From Eledone cirrhosa (lineage: Eukaryota): DNA of 64,000 bases. The position numbers and the translations under genes are program-made. The notes under the pieces were generated by a model, which was given only the letters and a program-made list of their open reading frames with translations, searched no databases and was not told the DNA's origin. The stretch spans positions 209,870,001-209,934,000 of the forward strand of contig OZ024740.1 of assembly GCA_964016885.1 (NCBI GenBank), in the 5' to 3' direction. Shown one piece after another: positions 38,421 to 49,658 of this stretch; within the stretch, counting starts at the first letter, position 1; the number at the start of each line of letters is the position of its first letter.

Positions 38421-38630
38421 TAATATATTTATAATATTCTCTATTGACCAAATCTATTCTCATACCAAACACTGTTTTACATCTATTGAGTACCACTGGT
38501 GTTCACACCAACACCTACATGGAAACCATTGTGTGGATTATGAATTTAAACACAATCATCTGCCAACATACACCCACACAGACATATGTAACATAGTCAC
38601 ACCCAATGTATGTACATACTACGTCTAAAT

Positions 38631-38663
<33 letters not shown>

Positions 38664-38776
38664 CACACACACTACATATAAATACAGACATACACATGTA
38701 TGTATACTCCCCACATATATACACATGCATGTACACAACCACACATCTCATCTGCATGAATACACATATATAAATA

Positions 38777-39123
38777 GGAGGCACATGGCTTAGTGGTTAG
38801 AGCATTGGCCTTGCAATCAAAAGGGTGTGAGTTCAATTCTCAGACCGGGTGATGTGTTGTTTCCTTGAGCAAGACACTTTATTTCACATTGCTCCAGTTT
38901 ACTCAGCTGTAGAAATGAGATGATAGGGACTGGGGTCCATATCATTCCACTGCAAAGTGGACGTGTAGGCGCCACGGAAAAAAAAAGCACCCAGCACTCA
39001 CTGTAAATGAGGTTGGTGTTAGGAAGTGCATCCAGCTGTAGAAATCAAGCCAGAATCAGTTCCCGTCCCACCCTTGCAAGCAGGGAAGAAGCGGACGTAA
39101 AATGAAATGATGATGATGATGAT
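38777..39123 (+). mobile_element. SINE family 2 copy
   Basis: tRNA-like head, CORE-like body, RTE-derived tail, (ATG)n. Confidence 0.88.
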
Positions 39124-39139
39124 AAATACAGACATACAG

Positions 39140-39176
<37 letters not shown>

Positions 39177-39290
39177 CATATATATATCGGCCTGCCTGCC
39201 CAGCCAGTGGGATGGCGTTATCTTATGGCTAAAACAGCACGACGTACTGTGACTAGCAGCGCCGAATGGACAGACTGGTCGGTCAAGGTG

Positions 39291-39325
<35 letters not shown>

Positions 39326-39671
39326 CATAGTACATATAAATACAGACATATACACATGTATGTATACTCCCACATATATACACATTTATGTACACAACCA
39401 CACACACACCTGCATGTATATACATATATATAAATACCCGTCTAACCCATGCTAGCGTGGAAGAACGGACGTAAAACGGTGATGATGACAGACAAACACG
39501 TTTGTACACATATATACAGACATACAATGTTTATACACACACATACTTATATACACATATCCACATGTATGTACACACCCACATGTTTAAACACTGACAT
39601 ATACATGTGCATGTACACACAGGCATATCTGATAAGGATAGAGATATCAATAACATGACAAAGGATGGTGT

Positions 39672-41262
39672 CATCATCATCATCATCATTTTTTTACTCT
39701 TTGCATGTTGGTATGGATTGAATGGTTTAGGACCAGATGGGTCACCTTGACTCATTTGGCTTATCTTTGGCATGGTTTCTACAGCTGGATGTCCATGATG
39801 CCAACCACCTCACAGTGTATACTGGGTGCGTTTTTCATGATACCAGCACTACCAGTTTAAACAGTGGACTAGGTGCAGTTTATCATGGCACTAACACTGC
39901 CACTTTACAGGGTGTACTGGGTGCATTTTATCATGTCATTAGCACTAGAGAGATTGCCACATGCTAAGCCAAACTGAAGAGTTCTCTCAAATCTTATATT
40001 GTCTCCACTTGATTTCAATTACCAAACACTATAGCTTCAGTTTTCTGACCATGTCTGCTTTTAGTACCACTGTGCTTGTATTGGTAGACAGGTCTTTTGT
40101 ATTATAGCATATCACCAGCCATCTCAGTCCTGTGTCATCACTGTCACAGTGCTTGTATTGGTAGACAGGTCTTTTGTATTATAGCATATCACCAGCCATC
40201 TCAGTCCTGTGTCATCACTGTCACAGTACTTGTATTGGTGGACAGGTATTTTGTATTATAGCATATCACCAGCCATCTCAGTCCTGTGTCATCACTGTCA
40301 CAGTACTTGTATTGGTGGACAGGTCTTTTGTATTATAGCATATCACCAGCCATCTCAGTCCTGTGTCATCACTGTCACAGTACTTGTATTGGTGGACAGG
40401 TCTTTTGTATTATAGCATATCACCAGCCATCTCAGTCCTGTGTCATCACTGTCACAGTACTTGTATTGGTGGACAGGTCTTTTGTATTATAGCATATCAC
40501 CAGCCATCTCAGTCCTGTGTCATCACTGTCACAGTACTTGTATTGGTAGACAGGTCTTTTGTATTATAGCATATCACCAGCCATCTCAGTCCTGTGTCAT
40601 CACTGTCACAGTTCTTGTATTGGTGGACAGGTCTTTTGTATTATAGCATATCACCAGCCATCTCAGCCCTGTGTCATCACTGTCACAGTGCTTGTATTGG
40701 TAGACAGGTCTTTTGTATTATAGCATATCACCAGCCATCTCAGTCCTGTGTCATCACTGTCACAGTACTTGTATTGGTGGACAGGTCTTTTGTATTATGA
40801 CATATCACCAGCCATCTCAGCCCTGTGTCATCACTGTCACAGTACTTGTATTGGTGGACAGGTCTTTTGCATTATGATATATCACCAGTCAGCTAAGTCC
40901 TGTGTCATCGATGTCACAGTTCTTGTATTAGTGGAGAGGTCTTTTGTATTATGACATATCACCAGCCATCTCAGCCCTGTGTCATCACTGTCACAGTTCT
41001 TGTATTGGTGGAGAGGTCTTTTGTATTATGACATATCACCAGCCAGCTCAGTCCTGTGTCTTCTCTGTCACAGTACTTGTATTGGTGGGTAGGTCTTTTG
41101 CATTATGACATATCACCAGTCAGCTAAGTCCTGTGTCTTCTCTGTCACACAGTTCTTGTATTGGTAGACAGGTCTTTCATATTATGTCATATCACCAGCC
41201 AGCTCAGTCCTGTGTCATCTCTTTTGGGAGGACCTTCACAACATCGTTTTGAGTCTTTCTTG
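39672..41262 (-). mobile_element. Old RTE 3' end hosting the 77-bp satellite
   Basis: Minus strand 41260-41205 reads NRPRKTQNDVVKVLPKEMTQD; 39672-39960 is a degenerate RTE-type 3'UTR with (CAT)n. Confidence 0.65.
40072..41220. repeat. 77-bp tandem repeat, about 15 copies
   Basis: Unit gtacttgtattggtggacaggtcttttgtattatagcatatcaccagccatctcagtcctgtgtcatcactgtcaca. Confidence 0.97.
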
Positions 41263-41940
41263 GTCTATTCTACTTGATAATTGATAGCCAGTACATAAAG
41301 AGTTTAATATAGTAAGGTTAAGTTTGTGTTAAACATATTTAGTGAGGGAGAATGATAATGCTAACTAGTAATAAATATGCAGTTGAGGAAGGGAAAAATG
41401 ATTTCAAAACGTTGATAAACAATTATAATAAACTAATTTATTAACAAACATAAAATAGATGCACTAAGCTTTTAGATTTTTTTAAATAGATTAATTCTAT
41501 CATACATAGGACTAAGATATTCCTTTTTAAATTAAAATCTTCCAACATAATTTATATAAGAACCATATATTAAGATACTATCATAATAATGAAATAAAAA
41601 TTTGAGTAAATCCCTATAAATTCCTCTTTAATTAATCACAATAGAGGTCTTTTTGTGACTAATTAAAGAAAATTTGTCTCCCTACATTTACAATTTGTAC
41701 TAATTCACATATCCCACTTACTATCATATGCGTATTCATTTTCATGAACACAAAAAAAAAATTGCTTATCAATTGGCATTATAACTGGTGGAAATCATGC
41801 CCTCACCTCACCTCACCCTACTTTTAGTCAGCTCCCCCCCCCCACCCGGATGTAATGTCCCTTTTGAGCCCTTGTGTTTGAAACCCTGTGCGTTTGAAAT
41901 AGAGTATATTTAATGAGAAGTACTGCCATGAAAGAGTTAA

Positions 41941-42178
41941 CCCTTTTACTACCATATTTCTAAAGAGGGACACTATCTATGGTTTTTAAATAATTTTTTA
42001 AATAGTTAAGATTTTGGAGAGCTTTCGGTATTATAACTAACTTTCTCATTAAATTTGTGTTTGGAACATAACTTAACAAAGGTTTGCAGATGAAATTATG
42101 AGGGAAGATTTTTAGATCAATGTAGATATTTAAAATAAACAGATTTATATCATAAAATTAGGGGCAGTATCAAAAGGG
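41941..42178. mobile_element. piggyBac-type MITE, family B
   Basis: TTAA|CCCTTTT...AAAAGGG|TTAA. Confidence 0.65.
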
Positions 42179-42928
42179 TTAAATATGTTAGGTGAGATTT
42201 GAAGTAAATTTGATTGCTGTTTTTAGCAGCTATAGAAACCACATAGAGGCACCCTTGTATGTTCAGTTTACACTAGGTTAGATCAGGTAAGCGGCATCTG
42301 TTCATGTACTACAATGTTGTATTAGAACAATAATTCATTGCCTACAAACTACATATTACTTTCACAGCTAACTTTGCTCCCACTAATTTTTTATATTATA
42401 TTTATATATATATTTATTTTAAAACTTGTTTGCTTATGAGCATTCATATTTATGATCAAGCAATTACAAACACACTCTATTCACATTAATGCACCAAGCC
42501 TCCTGATATATATATATATATATATATATGGGGGGGGGGGGGGTTAATATATAAATATACACCCTCACACACAATATTTGTATCAGTTTAATGATACAAA
42601 AATATGTGGGCTTGGTGCATTACATATGAATAGAGTGTGTTTGTGATTGCTAGATCTTAAATTTTCAATGCTCATAAGCAAACAAGTATTTTTATATGTA
42701 TAAGTTTTTGTATTTGTATATGTCTTAAGTTGTGTTTTTCATAATTTTTGGGGAAGAATTGGATGCCCTTCCTATCACCAACCACTTTATAGCATGGACC
42801 AGGTGCATTTTATCATGCCACCAGCACTAGAGAGGTTGTCTGATAACACAAAAGGTTACTCTCTACCTTGCATCAGGTTTTATTCAAAATGAATGCTCTT
42901 CTAAATGGGTAGCCTTCATTATGATATT

Positions 42929-43113
42929 GTGGATTGGCAGTATCGGTAGAGGGTCGGACGCCATGCTTTCCAGCATAGTTACGTCCCTTTACAATCTGAG
43001 TTCAAATCCCGCCGAGGTTGACTTTGCCTTTCATCCTTACGGGGTCGATAAAATGAAGTACCAGTAATGCACTGGGTAATTTGCTGGCCTTGTGCCTAAA
43101 GTAGAAACAATTA
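42929..43113 (+). mobile_element. SINE family 1 copy
   Basis: Consensus match. Confidence 0.85.
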
Positions 43114-43404
43114 TGATATTTGGAGCCCACTTCCACACTATGCAGTGACTGCCCACCTAGTAGAGCTGCCTTCTCTGTGGGTTATAGATCCTTTGTCTTT
43201 CCCCATATATACATATATATGAATACATGCATATGCACACACACAAATGTAGTCATACACACACATGTGTATGATTATTATGGTTATATATATAAACCAA
43301 GTTAAAACAAATCATATGAGCAAAGCCTAGTCACCTGGCTGGTCTGGTGTCAGCTGTCTAACCCATGCAAGCATGGAAAATAACCATTAAATGATGATAT
43401 ATAT

Positions 43405-43743
43405 CATCATCATCATCTCATTTTACGTCCACTTTTCCCTGCTTGCAAGGGTGGGACGGGAACTGATTCTGGCTTGATTTCTACAGCTGGATGCCCTTCC
43501 TAACACCAACCTCATTTACAGTGAGTGCTGGGTGCTTTTTTGCCGTGGCACCTACATGACCACTTTGCAGTGGAATGATAGGGACCCCAGTCCCTATCAT
43601 CTCATTTCTACAGCTGAGTAAACTGGAGCAATGTGAAATAAAGTGTCTTGCTCAAGGAAACAACACATCACCCGGTCTGAGAATTGAACTCACAACCTTT
43701 TGATTGCAAGGCCAATGCTCTAACCACTAAGCCATGTGCCTCC
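43405..43743 (-). mobile_element. SINE family 2 copy
   Basis: Reverse complement of 38777-39123. Confidence 0.88.
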
Positions 43744-43864
43744 ATATATATATAAACGGAAAAAATGAAACGAAATTTCATTTCCCACTCTTATATATAT
43801 GTGTGTGTGTGCGTGCGTGTGTGCGTGTGCGCGCGCGCTAAAACATTTTTTATATACTTATATA

Positions 43865-43897
<33 letters not shown>

Positions 43898-44388
43898 ATA
43901 TAAGTATATAAAAAATGTTTTAGAGCACACACACAAGTCCCCTCTTAAACATTTTCCCCTTCAAATATTTTTCAATTTACTTTTTAATCACTCTAAATGA
44001 TTTTCTCAGCCAACCTGTTCTACATTACCTATAGTATTTGTACACCCAGTTGTCAACATCTGTTCTCACAACATATCCTCCCCCATATATGTTTATATAC
44101 ACATCCATGCAACACACATCCATGCAAACCCCTTCTGTAAGGGTGTCAACACACAAACATTAAATATCTTCACTCAGTAGAAGTAGCTGTGCAACCACAC
44201 TGTGGTTACTGAAAACCTGAGTAAGTATTCAAAGAGTATACAAAGGTAAACTAGTACATTACTTCATAAAATACATACCATATGCTTAAATGGCATTAAA
44301 CCAGGTTTATAAATAGTGCTGAAAATGTAAGATAGTGGAAAAGAATATGTATATATTGGTATCTACCCTGAATGTTATAATACATAGA

Positions 44389-44712
44389 GTACCTGACCTC
44401 CCATGGGTACATGCTGAAGCATATAAACAATATGCCCCCACTCCCCCCACCGCAAGGTGGTCGTGGAGGTGCCACGGCAAAAAAGCACCCAGCCCACACT
44501 GTAAAGTGGACGTGTAGGTGCCACGAAAAAGCACCCAGCACTCACTGTAAATGAGGTCGGTGTTAGGAAGGGCATCCAGCTGTAGAAATCAAGCCAGATC
44601 AGTTTCTGTATGAGCAAGGCATGGTCAGCCGACCAGACACTGCACACAACAGGACAACCCGTCTAACCCATGCTAGCGTGGAAGAACGGACGTAAAACGG
44701 TGATGATGATGA
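44389..44712 (+). mobile_element. RTE family B 3'UTR fragment
   Basis: Near-identical reverse complement of 36950-37283. Confidence 0.88.
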
Positions 44713-44959
44713 TATATATATAGTAAATAATAGTGAAGACCATACGAAGTTGTGCAAAAATGTATTCTGAGACGCGACGGCTCTGGTGACAAGCTGCATC
44801 AACCATTGCCTTTCCTTTGGACAACATTAGTGGTGTGGAGAGGAGACTGGTCTTCCAAAAACAATCTTGCCCAGATTTGTGCCTCAAAGGGTAACTTTCT
44901 AGGTACAAATTCCATGGTCATTCATACGAAGGTGGGGAGGTCTTTATCCTTTACACTCT

Positions 44960-45062
44960 AATAATTGTTTCTACTTTAGGCACAAGGCCAGCAATTACCC
45001 AGTGCATTACTGGTACTTTATTTTATCTACCCCGTAAGGATGAAAGGCAAAGTCAACCTCGC
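44960..45062 (-). mobile_element. 5'-truncated SINE family 1 copy
   Basis: Body and tail match. Confidence 0.8.
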
Positions 45063-47072
45063 TAATAATGAAATATTTTGAGCTAACAAAAGAGCTTCTC
45101 TATAGTGGTTGAAACAGAAAATAATAGCGGACATGTTTCTGACAAATAATAATAGCTAAATAAAACACAGTATGATCATTAGCCTGTTGGTCTAGAACTC
45201 GGCATTCAAGAAGGCTATCAAACATCTTTTTTCTGATCATAAAATAACAGTGACTGCATTGTTTGTAGTAGAAAAAAATATACCTAATAGAAAATGAACT
45301 GTTAATCAACTGGAAATCCCATATTTTTTGTTCATCCACGTGTAATTGTTGGCACAGTTTCATGCAACATTGGAGTCAGACTTACATACCCAGAGCAGTG
45401 TCCTCACAACACATACACACATTTTAAAGTGTATCAAAAATATGGCTATGTCTCTGACAAAGAAACCTTTATTCATCAACCCACTTCAACCATTTGTCTA
45501 CATGGATGCAGAAGATGTATGTATGTGGTAGCCGTATGTTGATGAATGAAGGGTCTTTACATTATTCTACTGTTACTATAATGGTCTAATGCTCTTCAAA
45601 GCTTTTTGATTGTATAAATATCCCACCAAAACCTAAATGTACACCCCCACCTCTTCCCATCACTCCAATTGTGTCTTCACCCAAATTCTGCACTTGAATT
45701 TTCTACATAATATTTTGTGATCTTGCCATCACAAACACACACAGATACTTTATTCATATACATGTATGAAGCCTTCATATTTTTACATAAATAAACAACC
45801 ACAAACATATTGTGTTCTTTCTTGCATCTTTTGGAGGTACTTTTCTACTATATCTTCCTCACCCCTTCTACAACTACTGACCTTCAAATGTTCTAACAGA
45901 ACATTAATGGTATTAATTTCACATGACTGTCATCTCTTTTCTCAATCAAACAATGCCTAAAAAGGTTATGAGGACAGTCTTTTTTACCCAAGATTAAGCT
46001 ATAAAAATAAAGCCACTAATTTTATTTTCAAATATTTACAAAATCCGTGTATTATGGTGGTCTGTAATAACACCTGTCACTAAAACAACATTCAAAACTT
46101 TGCCATGTTTACCCACAACCTTTACAGAACTTATTTATAATAGTTTTTGTTTTTACTTGTTATGTATGGAAAACAAGTCATCTCTCAAGAAATTTCCCCA
46201 CGGTACAATTTTTCAAGTTTTTCAGACATAAATGTATTGAATTCAAAACAGAATTTAGGACAACTACATTAAATTGCCTTATTAATAAAAAAAAAAATCA
46301 AAAAAATCAATTGTGGTCACGTCACACACATCACTTTAATATATTTTGTGCCTCACCTTGTATTGATTATCAACTATACAGCTAATATTATTCAATAAAC
46401 TAGTTTCCCTTTGTCAATAAACATAACACACTCATTTGTTTTTGTCAAAATATATTACATACCTAAGAATTTTTCACTAGTGGTCCTCAGTCTCCTCTAA
46501 TCCCCAAATTGTTTAGTCTATTTCAATGCTATTATAGTATCTACTTAAAAGTAGGGGGTTTCCCATTTCTTTTTCATTACTCAACTCATATTATTAGTTT
46601 TTTTTTATTAATTAGGAGAAAAGACAGAAAAAACAAATTTGTGTTGGAACTGGAAGGATTAAGATTATTTTAGGAATATAGTGATTCTTTACCTTCTACT
46701 GAAGTTAAAGAGAAAATGCAGTGAAAAATTAGAAGCTTGGTTTAATTAAATAAACACCAAGAAACAAACTGGAATCTTATATTTCTTATTCTCTTGGACT
46801 TATATATCATGAGTTTTGATTTATTAACCACAGATTAAAATATCAACCACCCAACAAAGTAGAAACACAACAACAACAACAATAGCAGCAGAAAAACAAG
46901 TGTTTCAAGCTAGGATTTGATCCATCCTACAATTCCTTAATCAGGCCTTAGAAAACATATTTTATTCAGGCTGAGCTAAGTCCATCTATGAAGTATGTAT
47001 CCAGTTTAGAATAGGTATACCCTGTATGTCGTAAGAAGCAACTAAAAGGGTTGGTGTCAGGAAGAGCATCTG

Positions 47073-47345
47073 GCTTAGTCCTTTCTATCGTTATTACCAC
47101 AGGAAGTGCTCTTATGTACTTTCTCTCTTGTTCCAGATCACTTTGCGCTATCTCGCCTAACTCGAAACTCACAGTGTCTTCATCTGGATACTGTTGTGGT
47201 TCCACAAATAAGGAAGTATTTTTACAGTCGTAGCTTTCTTTTTTCTTGAAACTGCCAGACTCTGGAACTCTCTTCCCTCTCATTCTTTTCCTCCTCGTTA
47301 TGACCTGAACTCTTTCAAGTCTAAAGCAAATTCAATCCTTTCGTT
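47073..47345 (+). mobile_element. CR1/L2-group LINE C-terminal remnant
   Basis: FYRYYH.KCS ... TARLWNSLPSHSFPPRYDLNSFKSKANSIL. Confidence 0.65.
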
Positions 47346-48071
47346 TTATTTTCTCCTTATTCATAGTCCCTAACTAAGTGGCTTCATACCTTGTTTGGGA
47401 CTTCAAGAAAACTAAAAACATTGCCTTAAAAACTCCTATCCAAGCCATGCCAGAATGTAAAGAGCCGTAACTATATGCCACAAAGCATAATGTCCGACAC
47501 TCTAATGATACTGCCAATCTACCGCCCTTTGCAGATAAATAACAAAATGGTGTTGTCAGGCATGTTATAAAATACATCTTAACAGGAATTCAGGATTGTA
47601 TTTAACAGAATATTTAAACATTCTGAAGAAATATTTCGTGGAGATTAGTGTAAATTAATCCTTCAGAGAAAACAAGGAAGGAATCGAGGTTAAATAGTTG
47701 GCTGGTACAACCAATTGAAATGTAGTTATAATGTCCTGAAATTGAACCAAAAACATTGTAGTATCAATGAACTGATTTACAGTGCCATGATAATGGAGGA
47801 ATGACATAATTTCTAAAAATCATGTCTCTCTCTCTTTCACACACACACACATATATATATACAAACATACACATTCGTACACATACATATATACACATTT
47901 GTACACATACATATGTACATATACATACATACATACAAACACTCACATATATATGTATACATGTGTTTGTGAGCGTGCATTATGAAGAGTATGTCTATTA
48001 TGTATGTTAGGTAATGAATACATGTCGGTGGTCTAATGGTGCCAACCTTAAAAACACATAGTTTTAACTTA

Positions 48072-48105
<34 letters not shown>

Positions 48106-48502
48106 ATGGAGGTTTCCTGATGCCTTCATTTAATTTTTTGCTGTTTAGTCGGTTTTTTTTCTCTCTCCTTAATTTTACATAGTTGAAAATCTAGGACATT
48201 CGCAGAATACTACACATTCATTAGATCTTTACTCACATTTATTTTGTGGGTTAACAAAATGTCTTTTTCTTTTTCTTTTTCATCTCATAATATTCAACAA
48301 ATGAAATATCAAACTATTGTATTAGGGGTGGTAGCAGACATGTTGATTGTTCTTTACAATTTAGTTCAAAGTGTGACTGGTTTTTGACAAAGGATTTCAT
48401 AAATACCAAAACATTTTAATCTTTGCGAATCTCGCTCAACTCAGGAGATAACTATTTGAAAGGACAATTTGGTTAGCACCCTTTCCTGTTCTGCCACCTT
48501 AA

Positions 48503-48983
48503 CCATTTAGCATTTAAACCAGCCATATCCGGCCAGAATTCTCTCACCTCTTTCTGTTCAAACCAGCTGTAACTGGCCTTTCATACTGATGTTAAGGTAT
48601 TGTTCTAAAAATAAATGATAAAGTCTCACAGATTTGATATTATGTGAGATAATTATGTGAAATAAAGCTTTTACTATGAAAATATCATAGTAAATATATT
48701 ACTTATGCCTTAAACTAATAAGTAATGTAAATGCTAAAGGGTTAATCCTTTTGGCTTGAAACTGTCCCCAGTTCTATTATACAAAACTGTTTATTTTAAA
48801 GTTTTACCTATAAATCTTCCATCATGGTTTTATGTAATATTCTTTGTTAAGCTTTGCTTAAAACACCAGCTTAATAATGAAAAAGTTAGTTATATTACTA
48901 AATTCTTTGAAAAATTTTGATTATTTTCAAAATTATTTGAAAATCAAAGTGTCTTTCATTAGAAATATGGTAATGAAAAGGTT
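48503..48983. mobile_element. Adjacent piggyBac-type MITEs (family A 48503-48741, family B 48746-48983) sharing one TTAA
   Basis: ...aaatgctaaaggg|TTAA|tccttttgg...tatggtaatgaaaagg. Confidence 0.6.
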
Positions 48984-49552
48984 TTCTCTAAACATCATGT
49001 AATCATTTAACAGAAAATATCTAAAAATATTTGTTATTCAGATGTTTGTAGTTCCTTTATTAGTGGACAGATCAGTGTAAAAGAATTGCAGTATTAAACT
49101 AAATATCTTAATTTTTTATGTGATGTAGTCAGTGATGATTTGTGTTATTCAAGAATGTCTTGCCAATGTTGTTTCATGTCCTGTTTCAGGACGTTAAGAG
49201 TTAATAGGAGCAACAATACAGCAGTTTCCACAATTTTGTGGAATCACCAACCAAAGAGCAAATATCTTTCTTAAACCTTTTTCATCTTTCCTTATTATAA
49301 TTATATTTACTAAAGTACAATTTGTGTCATAATAGAAGTGTATATTAAATCATATATATGTTTATTTATAATAAATATATTGATATGCCTCCGTATACAC
49401 TTCTATTATGAATCATGCTATGTTAGTGTCACTGCTAATTAATCCTAGCAAGTCAAATTCACACTGTATGCAAATGAGAATCCCTAGCAGATGTTTTATA
49501 CACTAAAGGCATATAAACTATAGCTTATTCTTGTTCCTGTACTGAAAGAGTA

Positions 49553-49599
49553 AACATCACTGATGATGGATAAAAATCCAGAAACACGTGTTTGGCGTT
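49553..49599 (+). ncRNA. Minimal type I hammerhead ribozyme
   Basis: aacatca-CTGATGA-tggat(aaaa)atcca-GAAA-cacgtg-T-T-tggcgtt; palindromic stem III. Confidence 0.75.
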
Positions 49600-49658
49600 C
49601 TTACATGGCTACTGAGATAACTGTGGGATGATTATATCTAAAAATTTCATAATGAGAC

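Noticed and set aside
38777-38850. tRNA gene (GCA anticodon-like)
   Set aside because: No proper acceptor stem; continues into the SINE body in four copies, so it is a SINE head
40072-41220. CRISPR-like array or tandem 68-aa ORFs
   Set aside because: Contiguous near-identical units with no unique spacers, eukaryotic context, and RTE origin
46447-46480. Second AG|GT site on the minus strand (ttcttag|gtatgt); also cag|gtaaaa at ~25216
   Set aside because: Weak polypyrimidine tract or weak donor; compatible with chance
46966-47283. 105-aa minus-strand ORF that looks protein-like
   Set aside because: Antisense to a CR1/L2-type remnant on the plus strand
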